Assembly: GCF_001194135.2 (NCBI RefSeq)
Contig: NC_068987.1
Location: 5,258,577-5,322,576, forward strand
DNA: 64,000 nt
Origin: Octopus bimaculoides
Taxonomy: Eukaryota
Direction: 5' to 3'
Made by a program: the position numbers and the translations under genes. Position 1 is the first letter of the stretch, and the number at the start of each line of letters is the position of its first letter. The notes beneath the pieces were generated by a model, which was not told the origin of the DNA, made no database searches, and saw only the letters and a list, made by a program, of their open reading frames with translations. Positions 1 to 10,471 of this stretch are shown piece by piece.

Positions 1-290
1 TTGCATCTGCCTTAGCGAAGGCAGAGGTATTGTTTTCAGTCGTATTTGTTTGTCTGTGCACAAGATATTTCAAGAACCGCCGGATGGATTCGGATAAAAC
101 TTTCAGGGATGTTTGGCCTCGTGACTGGCACGAACTGATTAAATTTCGGGATCAATCCGTTCCCGAACAAGGATTCAGGATTATTTTTCCTGTTTTTTTT
201 TTTTTTTACTTAATTTTTGAGAGCAGTCGGCTTCATTTTTAGTATTCTCTTTTGTGAGAGCAGTCGAGTTTATTTCAGATATTCTCTGAG
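1..290 (+). mobile_element. Helentron-associated/DINE-1-like non-autonomous element
   Basis: 5' hairpin CTGCCTT-agcg-AAGGCAG followed by GGTATTGTTTTC, gtttgtttgtctg and the ggatggattcggataaaacttt core typical of HINE/DINE-1-like elements. The family call is by pattern only. Confidence 0.5.
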
Positions 291-2255
291 TGCTCTTGTT
301 CTTTTACTTGTTTCAGTCATTTGACTGCAGCCATGCTGGAGCACCGGCTTTAGTCAAACAAATCGATTCCAGGACTTAGTCTTTGTAAGCCTAGTACTTA
401 TTCTATCGATATATATATTTATCATTGATTAAATGAACAAGCAATAAAAATGTTGCACAGATTATAACTACTCACGGCTAATGTTTATGCTGAATACTTT
501 CAAGCATTATATGATATATGGCAGTGTCTTTATTATTTTTATTTATTACAATTGTTATTATAAGCACTTTCCACTCCACTCCTACACTTATACAAAAGGT
601 TTCATAACGAGGACAACGGATATATACAAAAAAAGTCAAGGCAACCTGTTGGATGTATTTAAATGTATGTGTATGTGTGTGTGTGTGAACATAGTTATTT
701 TATTATATGGACACTCCTCACTAACAATCTATATTTAACTACCACATTAAAAGTGTCAGAATATAGGGTGACAAAGGAATTAGGCGACAAAACGAAAGAT
801 GGCGAGTGTTTAAAATCTAAGAATTGCGAGTAAGGGAGATAATCTTAGTAAGATCAGCTGATTGTACATATATGTAGATTGGGATGTATTTGGTCTTTAA
901 AAATGACCAGTGAAACCAACAGCCATACTTAAATTCGGAGCTTTATCTCAGAGACATAACAGACCTGTCAAGACCTGGTTGAAGACTAGCGGAGAACCAG
1001 GAGCGGGTTCATGACAGGGCTTATGACTATGTTGGTTAGAGATCTTTCTTCACCTGATGCTTCATGGACGATAAGAGTTAGGGGAACTTAGGGTAAGATC
1101 TCCGGCACAGATATTCAGTGCTGTCTTAAGGAATGGACACACTGGGCAGTTGTCCGAAGACCTCATGGAAAACGCTTTACGGTATTTGACCTGACACTTT
1201 AGATACTGAGATCAAATGCCGCTGAGGTTCAGTTCTGCCATTCATCTTTTCGGGGTCGATAAAATAAACACCAACCGAACTCTGGTGTTGATGTAAGCGA
1301 CCTACACCCTCTCTTAAGACTGCTGGCCCTCTGAGAAATTTTGAAACCCTTAGAGCTTTCCCAGAACCTTTGTGGGTCAACGCTTGCCAGAAAGATATGA
1401 GTAAGGAAGGAATTCCGGGGAAATAATGTTCTGGCAAGGAACAACTGGGTATAATGGTTAGTATGGGTGCTGGCGGGGTGTAGACACAACCAGAGTGATA
1501 GGAGGAGGAGAGACTAATAGAATGGAAAGACCCGTGTAAATATATGCATGATCTGGCTTGTAGTCAATAAATAAATATTATAGGGTCCAGTAAAAGGATT
1601 TGTTTGGTGTGGGGTTGGGAGTTATGATGTTGCTACGACGGCTCTGGCTGTCACTATGACAATGCCCAATCCTTGTTGCTGTATGGGGGTTTCTGCTGGG
1701 GAGGTCAAAGATCAGAGGTCAGATTAACAACCTCATCTCAGAAGTAAAATGTGTTTGGCGTTGGGTGAAAGCTTCTACCCGGAAAAAGACCCCCCAAAAC
1801 GAGGAAAAGTTACAGAAAACTCAGGCGTGGCTGTGTGGTAAGAAGCTTGCTTCCCAACCACATGGTCCCGGGTTCAGTCCCACTGCGTGGCACCTTGGGC
1901 AAGTATCTTTTACTTTCGCCTCTAGCCGATCAAAGCCTTGTGAGTGGATTTGGTAGACAGAAACTGAAAGGAGCCCATCGTGTATATAAATGGATACAAC
2001 ATTGATGAATAACACTTGATTTACACCAGTTATCATTTATTAATTAAACACAAAAGACAGAATCTCAACTGAGTTGAGTCAATTGTTATTCATCAATTTT
2101 ATCTACATTTTCTGTTTTCTTTGAATATTGATAAACTTCAGTTTGTTCTTATCATTACCTATCATCTATGATCATTAACACCAATGCTCATGGTTAAATA
2201 TAGGTAATACACCAGTGATTCATTGAATATATATGTATATATATATATGTATATA

Positions 2256-2345
2256 TACATGGGGCGTGCAAGAGAGACGTTTGCATTGGCATGGTCATGT
2301 ACTACGGACGGATGAGGAGAGTTGTGTGAAGAAGTGCCACTGCAT
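2256..2345 (+). mobile_element. Short RTE LINE fragment
   Basis: WGVQERRLHWHGHVLRTDEESCVKKC resembles RLRWxGHVxRxDE. Confidence 0.65.
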
Positions 2346-2398
2346 CTATATGTGCAGATGTCTATACACATATATACAAATGCATATATATATATATC

Positions 2399-2857
2399 CA
2401 TCATCATCATCATCATCATTTAACGTCCGCTTTCCATGCTAGCATGGGTTGGACGATTTGACTGAGGACTGGTGAAACCAGATGGCTACACCAGGCTCCA
2501 ATTTGATTTGGCAGAGTTTCTACAGCTGGATGCCCTTCCTAACGCCAACCACTCAGAGAGTGTAGTGGGTGCTTTTTACGTGCCACCGGCACGAAGGCCA
2601 GTCAGGTGGTACTGGCAACGGCCACGCCCAGAATGGTGTATTTTATGTGCCACCCGCACAAGAGCCAGTCCAGGGGCACTGGCAATGATCTCGCTCGAAA
2701 GTCCTTACACATGCCGCAGGCACAAGTGCCAGAAAGGCGACGCTGGGCACAGGTGCCATCACGATTTCGCTTTCGCTTGCCCCAGCAAGTCTTCGCAAGC
2801 TGAGTTTCGTGTCCAATGAAGGAGACGACGTTGGCATGGGTGCCAGTCGTCGAATTT
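2399..2857 (-). mobile_element. RTE-LINE 3' UTR copy with (GAT)n tail
   Basis: Starts (CAT)n-TTTAACGTCCGCTTTCCATGCTAGCATGGGTTGGACG. Further copies at about 8665-8840(+), 10865-11180(-), 13830-13940(+), 15049-15265(-), 20400-20545(+), 25158-25430(-), 26420-26570(-), 29845-29975(-), 31150-31662, 41010-41190(+), 41420-41600(+), 44715-44900(+), 50323-50441(-), 51150-51360(+), 53210-53390(-) and 61020-61217(+). Confidence 0.85.
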
Positions 2858-3598
2858 ATTTCCATATCTATATATATCTGAATAAATAACTGTTTTGACA
2901 TATTTTTAATTGTAGGAGTAAAACATTTTTTAGTCGATTCATAAATATTTTTAATGTGTTTTTAGTCGCCTGACAGGCTTTAGTAATTCATTTTGATTAC
3001 TTATTTTTAGCTGATTGTATATACCTTCTTGACATATATTTGTACTTTTATGGGAATATATATATTTATTACCTTTCTGTGCTTTTATACATATTATCCT
3101 TTGATATGTTGAAGGCCATGGTAATATTTATATATGATCAAATGTATAGAAGCGTGGTGTTATATAAAGTCGTTGACTTGAATTTGATGTTTGTTCTCCA
3201 ATCAATGTTCATATATATATATATATATATGCGTGTGTGCGCGCGCGTGTGTGTATGTGTTTGCATGTATATATGTGAGATAATAGTGAAAGTATTAAAC
3301 TGAAAGTATTATCTCACATTACAATAGAGATGTTACTGTCTCACTTTCGACACGTAATACTGAAATAGTGTCAGAGGTAAGAGATTGCGTCAGGCTCGCA
3401 TTAAGCAAGAAATGGAAAATTTTTTGGCCCATGACAACCAATGTTGGTGTGTTTACATCCCCGTAACTTAGCAGTTCGGCAAAAGTGACCGATAGAATAA
3501 GTACTAGGCTTACAAAGAATAAGTCCTGGGATCGATTTGCTCATCTAAAGGTGGTGCTCCAGCATGGCCACAGTCAAATGACTGAAACAAAAAAAATA

Positions 3599-3668
<70 letters not shown>

Positions 3669-4038
3669 TTAAGAATAAGGATTACTCTGAAGTAGCAATA
3701 ACATTACCTTCATTTCTATAATCGCATATTGCCTTTTAAGACGAAAACATGTTTCAATTGCACCCATTACTAATCGTTGCAATAGCAACCAAACAATAAA
3801 ACTGTCACACGACTCAGGTTTCAGTCTTATTGAAAAAAAAAGCTCATATCCTCTAGAACAAGTTGAAAGCATTCCTTTCTCATTCAGCCAACATTAAGCA
3901 ATGTATATATGTGTGTTTGTGTGTGTAAATACACACACATGTATGTGTGTGTGTGCATCTTCCTTCATCTCATCCAGCTCTGGATTCCACCTTCGATGAC
4001 CTGCCTTAACCTATTATCTAATATCTATAATATGGGCT

Positions 4039-4206
4039 TAACCTTGTAATCCTGACAGAATACCACCATTATGAACATTCAGCTGATCTTTGATCGGCCT
4101 CTTGTGATTCAAAATCTTTTAATATTCATTTCTACCCTCAAGTTATGTCAATGTTTAAATATATAAATATACATATACACACACACACACACACATGTAC
4201 TATATG

Positions 4207-4248
<42 letters not shown>

Positions 4249-4416
4249 TGTACATATATATGTATATTTATATATTTAAACATTGACATAACTTGAGGGT
4301 AGAAATGAATATGACAAGAGTTTAAATCACAAGAGGCCGATCAAAGATCAGCTGAAGAATGTTCATAATGGTGGTGATATATATGCTGGTATTCTGTCAG
4401 AAGGATTACAAAGTTA
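4039..4416. repeat. Palindrome/fold-back with (CA)n...(TG)n centre
   Basis: Left arm about 4039-4195 is the reverse complement of right arm about 4208-4416, apart from small indels and a few substitutions. Confidence 0.85.
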
Positions 4417-4931
4417 CACTGCCCAAAAAAAAAAAAAAATCGATATTCATCAATCCCAACTAATATTCATTCGAATATCGAAAGATATAACCAATATCAA
4501 ACACACATACACAAGGTATGTATTTTGCTAGTTTGTGGGTTGGCTGCGCTTATAGGCATATGGGAATATATTCTCATCAATTCACCTGGTGTTAAAAAAC
4601 CTGTAAGTCATAGACAAACTAGATAGCTCACATCTGGTCCCATTCAGGAGTGATAGACATTGGTGTTTTGTCATTTTTGTGGCTTGTCAGTACCACGTAT
4701 CTGAAACGAGGCCCGATGTAAGCAATTATCGAACCAGAGTCATTACCCGAATGTTTGCAACAAGGTAGACTCCGCTAAAGGTAACCAAAGTACCAAGAAG
4801 TGGTATTAAACCAGGTGATGGATTAAATCTAGCATCTATGTCACAGAGGGATTTGCCAAACAAACCTCAGTTTTTATTTATTTATTTCTTTTATCTGAAG
4901 TATCTGCTCACTATACTTTAATCAACAAATA

Positions 4932-5218
4932 TGGCGTAGTGGTTAAGAGCACGGGCTACTAACCCCAAGATTCCGAGTTCGATTCCAGGCAGTGACTTGA
5001 ATAACAATCATAATAATCATAATAATAATAATAATAATAACATCAAAAAATACCTTAGGAATAAGAACCCAGGTTCGAAATTTCCCCAAGAGAATTCATG
5101 AAGGCTGGAGGGTATATCAGCCAAAACGTTGTGTTGACAACAAACAAGATGAGGACAGATATCCATCAAATGTAAATAGTGTACATCATTCCCCATCTCT
5201 TAAATATAGAACTATATG
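4932..5218 (+). mobile_element. tRNA-headed SINE-like element with (TAA)n spacer and Penelope/hammerhead-like tail
   Basis: TGGCGTAGTGG (A box), GAGTTCGATTCC (B box), anticodon-like GGG-CTACTAA-CCC; no acceptor stem. The tail GGCTG-gagggtatat-CAGCC-aaaacgtt is shared with 52872-52943. Confidence 0.65.
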
Positions 5219-5639
5219 AAATATTTTTTATTTGCAATATTAATGTATCTCGTAGCTGGCACTCAGTAGTTTGTCTGACTGTCTACATGCCATAGATCAC
5301 TTTGATCTGGAGCTAAGAAGAAAAACAAGTAAAATAACAAGTTAAAATACATAAAGCCGACAAGGGAACTATCGTTCATGTTACCCAAATTAATACAAAT
5401 ATTCACATCAAGTTCATGAACTTACTTGGAATAGAATTTATTTGGAATTTATTCAAAATACAATAAGAAAGCATATAAAACATATATTGTATTTGAAAGT
5501 ATGAGAGATGTACGGGCATATTAAAGTACCCCAGTTTCTATAGCGCATATTCAGCATGTAATATTTAAAGAATCTTCGCATTTAGGACCCAGGATATTTT
5601 TTTGCGATATTTTCTTGGAAAAAAAAAGTGCGTCTTAAA

Positions 5640-6380
5640 TGTCATCAAATACAGTCATTTCTCAAACAGAGTACCACAAGGATCCGTCTTCTCAACAATG
5701 CTTTTTAACCTGCTTGGTCTTTCTACACTTCTACAAAATGTACATGCTATATGTTGATGACATCACAATCGTATACTCCCACTATTCCCCTGGCTGCTCC
5801 ACAACTACTCCAGCTACGTACATATCTGACTCTAAACAAATAAATTCTTAGAAGTAGCATCTACCAAGTCTACCATTTTTATCAGTTACCAGTGTATCGA
5901 ATACAGTCCATCACCACACTCGCAAATATAAACACATCACATACAAAGAGCTGCAAAGAATATTAGGAGGATAACGGACATCACGTTTACAACGTTTAGA
6001 GCATACATAAAAAGCAAACAACTTACTTATTAGGTACCACATTTGACCACACAAAGATACAACAATACTAAACTCACAATATACTAAGGCTTTGCTAGTC
6101 GTGCTTCACGAACACATCATCGTGCACATCACATCATCGCAGCTGTACACAGACATTGACAGGCAGAATAATCTTTACAATGAAACAAAAATATTGAAAA
6201 TGAAAGACGACCTGGATACACCGGAGGCAGGTTATTGCCAAATATTTTCCACACTCCAACCAAAAACACTTGGCCTGTCTCAACTGAACAGATCATCAAA
6301 AGCAACCAAGCACACAAGAATAGATTGGACAGCGAAGAAAATGCAAAATGTCCGAAGAATTAAACTGTTTCCAAGATGAT
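5640..6380 (+). mobile_element. Degenerate non-LTR retrotransposon RT and C-terminal fragment (I/Jockey-group-like)
   Basis: Frameshifted motifs RVPQGSVFSTMLFNL (GxPQGS), LYVDDITI (YxDD), STKST, RILG and LYNETKILKMKDDL, with several stops. Confidence 0.75.
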
Positions 6381-6855
6381 AATTTACTGCATGTTAGAGT
6401 GTGCAGTGAGAACTACGGCAAAGCTGGAGCAATGAAGTTGTTCTTTAGATACACTTCTCGACTGATGATCCTGTAGCCTCTGTGTGTGTGTGTATATATA
6501 TATATATANNNNNNNNNNNNNNNNNNNNNNNNNNNNNNNNNNNNNNNNNNNNNNNNNNNNNNNNNNNNNNNNNNNNNNNNNNNNNNNNNNNNNNNNNNNN
6601 NNNNNNNNNNNNNNNNNNNNNNNNNNNNNNNNNNNNNNNNNNNNNNNNNNNNNNNNNNNNNNNNNNNNNNNNNNNNNNNNNNNNNNNNNNNNNNNNNNNN
6701 NNNNNNNNATATAATTCTTTACATCCGGATTCATCATCACCTAACCACCAGTATGCTTTTTAAACTAAATGGTACTTGCATTCAGAAGGAACTATAAATG
6801 ACAACTCACCGACTCACATTGTTATTACTATTTTCCCCGTTATGAAAGGGTTTAG

Positions 6856-7266
6856 TATATAAAGCGTTTGTCCCCGCTTTGTCTCTCCATCTTTTCTTCT
6901 TTGTTATTACTTATCTCTTTTTCTTCTTTCTCCCTTTTGTTTCTCTCAAAATCTTTCATTCACTTCTAATATCATCTCGGAAAAAAAAACAGTTTCAAAT
7001 CCTAAGCTTGCCGCCGAATTTCATGCTTTCACTTTCGCCTTCTCCATCACCAACGGATCTTCATCCCCATCTCGTTTTCGAAGCTCTAGACTCGCAAACA
7101 TTGCTTCCAACTACAGCGTTTAAATTCCAACATCACTTCCATCTACCACTACTATTAGTACTACTATAGTTCAACGTATTAGTCTCGTGAAATAAAAATG
7201 CTACTAACGTGAAGCAGCGGTTGGATATGTTACTTCAGACATGCAATTTTTGATTTTAGGGTGAGT
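6856..7266 (+). promoter_or_regulatory. Candidate distal TATA promoter and first exon
   Basis: TATATAAAG at 6856-6864, then a pyrimidine-rich, CpG-containing stretch ending at donor AGG|GTGAGT (7261). Downstream: GC box 7547-7554, CCAAT 7847-7851, GGGGTGGGGG, TGACGT 7867-7872, TGAGTCA 8092-8098. SINE-free interval. Confidence 0.35.
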
Positions 7267-8117
7267 TCTCACTATCTTTTTATTCACATTGTTGTATTTT
7301 CATTCATTCTCTGGTCATAAGATTCTTCGTCTATATATCTACTAGTTATCTGTATATTTTGTGTTCTTACCTGCATATTGATATATGTATCTATTTAAAT
7401 GGAAACTTACCTATTTACATACCTGTATATTTATTTGTTTTTCTCTGCTACCTACTCACATGTATCTGTCGACCAACTCATGTGTTTCTATGTTTTGCTG
7501 TTTCTTTCAAAACTATGCAATTTCGATGAAAATCGTAGCCAGAGCTGGGGCGGGTTGTTAGACCAAATTCTAATTGTGCATTTATTTACATAGCACATGG
7601 TTTGCTTAGATACCGTATATATTATCTGTTTGTCTATAGTTATACATTTTAAAAAGTATATACGAATTAAAGTACGTGTTCTACCACCAGGACAAAGAAA
7701 AATCAAACATTTAGGATAGGTGCCCTTCATCAGGAAAATAATGACCTCCACCTCGTCTCAAACAATTTTTTTTGTGTGGTTACACTTCCAAGTTACTTTC
7801 AGTTTGGTTTCGTGAAGCAGAAATCACTCTAGAAGTCCTCCACGAGCCAATGAAGTGGGGTGGGGGTGACGTTGCTTTTTACGAAGTCATTCGACCTTTT
7901 AGAAATAGCAGCAAATATACCCTCAAATCACACCCAATCATCTTAAACGACGAAAACCTACATGGTCATAGATGAAGTGGAACGGTTTTCATGATGATGT
8001 ACGCATATCTTGGTCAGTAGTAGTAACACTGCGTTAATGTTAGTACGCTTACACCGTTGAGTTTGTGGTCACCAAAAAGATGTAGAAAACGTGAGTCACA
8101 AATATATATAAAATGAA

Positions 8118-8166
<49 letters not shown>

Positions 8167-8298
8167 GTCTGTCTATCTATCTATCTACGTGTGTCTGTGT
8201 GCGCGCATATAAGTTTATATCAAGTAATGGAACGCAACACACACCGAATTTGTATTAGCAAGTTTTTTATATAAGCATATATACACATATAGGCATGC

Positions 8299-8331
<33 letters not shown>

Positions 8332-8859
8332 TATATGCATACATATGACAGACTTTAAAATAATGATGTGCATGTGTATGTCCCCCCCCCATCCACCCAC
8401 ACATCTCACTGCATTCCCTCCACCGTCCATCTTTCACTCTCCTCTTGCAAACTTACCCACCCACATCAATCCCTGGTCCACTTCACTATATACACTGCCC
8501 TGTAATCTGGCGTAAGATCTTCCCGCCTCCTCATCTTCATCTTCTCTCTATCATTTCTTTCTCTTCTAACCTGAGGCAGCCATATTTTTTCTCTAAAGCA
8601 AAACATCTTTTTTTTTTGTCCCTCAAAGCTCCTTGTCTTGCAAATTACTTGGTCACTTCACTGTCACTGGTGCCATGTAAAAAGCACCCAGTACATTCTG
8701 TAAAGTGGTTGGCGTAAGGAAAGGCATTCAGCTGTAGAAACCATGCCAGGGCAGACAGCAGAGCTCGATGCTGTCTTCTGACTTGCCAGTTCCTGTTGAA
8801 CTGCTTAACTCATGCCAGCATGGAAAATGATGAGGATGATACAGATGTATGTGCATCAT

Positions 8860-9385
8860 TATTCCGTTTTATTTCAAGATTTCTTCCCTAGAGAGAGAGA
8901 GCCAGTTTCTAGCCTAGATCCAAGGCTCCTTCATTTCACATCTTTCAACATCAACAACAGGGTATTTCTGTTTGTATGTATGTCTATGTGCAGATTTATG
9001 TTTTGCATTATGCATGTATTCTCATGCATATAGTCACATATCTAGACATGCTCATATATATTTAAATGATAAACTTCTGGAAAGTTTTACAGATTTTTAC
9101 AGTTCCAGTGATGGATTGGATCTGTCGTCTTCCAATTAGCTTTCTCCTTTCTGGTTTTGAGAAGCCTAATTTCTCAAGATTGGTATTTAGGTAGTGTATC
9201 ACATATCCTAGGGTTCCAATATTTACAGGTATAGACCTAAACTTGTAACCTGGATAGAGTAACTGCAGATTCCTCAATAGTTCAGCATAGGTGTTCTCTT
9301 TTTCACTGATCTTCAGTTTTATGCTAACATCTGCTGGGCTGCTAATTTCCACAACTGTACACAAGTCCTTTTCTCTATCCCAAAT
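8860..9385 (-). mobile_element. 3' fragment of an RLE-type non-LTR retrotransposon (R4/Dong-like) with 3' UTR
   Basis: ORF 9062..9364 (CTVVEISSPADVSIKLKISEKENTYAELLRNLQLLYPGYKFRSIPVNIGTLG...LGF...GTVKICKTFQKF) resembles the restriction-like endonuclease C-terminus (xxExxxPxD...K...Y...IPxxxGxLG). The clade call is tentative. Confidence 0.65.
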
Positions 9386-10422
9386 GTATGTATGTATATA
9401 TGTATGTATACCTTAATTTTTGTTTATTAGTATTCTTTCTAGGAGGAAGCTGGTTTCTAAGGAAAAAAAATTTGGATAGCAGCAACAATAATTATGTTTC
9501 AAACTTTAAGAAAGTCTTGCATATTTAAGCTATTCCACTTACAGATTGTATCTGCGAAGTTCCTGTTATCTGGCCTCTTTCTTTACTTGAAAATCCCAGC
9601 TTCTCTAGAGTGTTGCTTAGACATTTACTAACATAACCAAGTGCACCAATAATTACCGGTATGAATGGTCTTGTGATCATGTGTGCAACACCTTAACCAC
9701 TAGGCCCTACACATTGACATTACTTTGACACCTGACACGTGGTACATTGTACACCTGTTCAGGTAACATTGATTTGAAGGAGGGTGGGAAGGAGGAAGCT
9801 AATGTACAGCACACACATTTGGTCACTAAAAAGAAATCATTTATGCAGAATCACCTTTCTTGGATGCCAAAAGACAACTATTTGTGTGTGTGTGTATATA
9901 TATGTCATCATCATCATTTAGCATCCTTGTGGGATGATATATATATATATATATAGAAAAAAATTAAGGTACTCAGAAACCTGGATGTTTGTACATTTAC
10001 AGATTTTTATTAATGTCACACATTAAATGAAGCGCTTTTCACCTAGTTGTGTAGGTTTTTCAAATTGTTTTTGAACAATTTGAATATATATATANNNNNN
10101 NNNNNNNNNNNNNNNNNNNNNNNNNNNNNNNNNNNNNNNNNNNNNNNNNNNNNNNNNNNNNNNNNNNNNNNNNNNNNNNNNNNNNNNNNNNNNNNNNNNN
10201 NNNNNNNNNNNNNNNNNNNNNNNNNNNNNNNNNNNNNNNNNNNNNNNNNNNNNNNNNNNNNNNNNNNNNNNNNNNNNNNNNNNNNNNNNNNAATACCTCT
10301 GTAGTGATTGGCCTCTCTAGAATATGGAGAAGGAAACAACACACTTTATTATTTTATATACTGCTCTATGACTTAAAACGTGCTTCCTTTTCAGATTTAT
10401 GTCTTACCAACAAAAAAAAAAA

Positions 10423-10471
<49 letters not shown>

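Noticed and set aside
760-1760. Possible old retroelement-derived coding remnant
   Set aside because: The translated frames had many stops and no diagnostic motif, so it was left unclassified.
2472-2901. Recurrent ORFs containing [12 protein letters not shown] (also at 38096, 38987, 45035)
   Set aside because: Antisense readings of the RTE 3' UTR repeat, not a gene family.
4932-5000. Functional tRNA gene (anticodon-like ACT)
   Set aside because: No acceptor stem pairing and no Ser-type variable arm; it continues into a SINE body.
7459-7482. Minus-strand mini-exon MSWSTDT|GTGAGT resembling the F-BAR start MSWGTELW
   Set aside because: The match is too short and imperfect, the phase does not join the 3708-3825 candidate, and no downstream exons were found.
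8195-8210. TGCGCGC / TGCACAC MRE cores here and at about 35057 and 57916
   Set aside because: Embedded in TG/CA microsatellites or SINE centres, where the core arises by chance.
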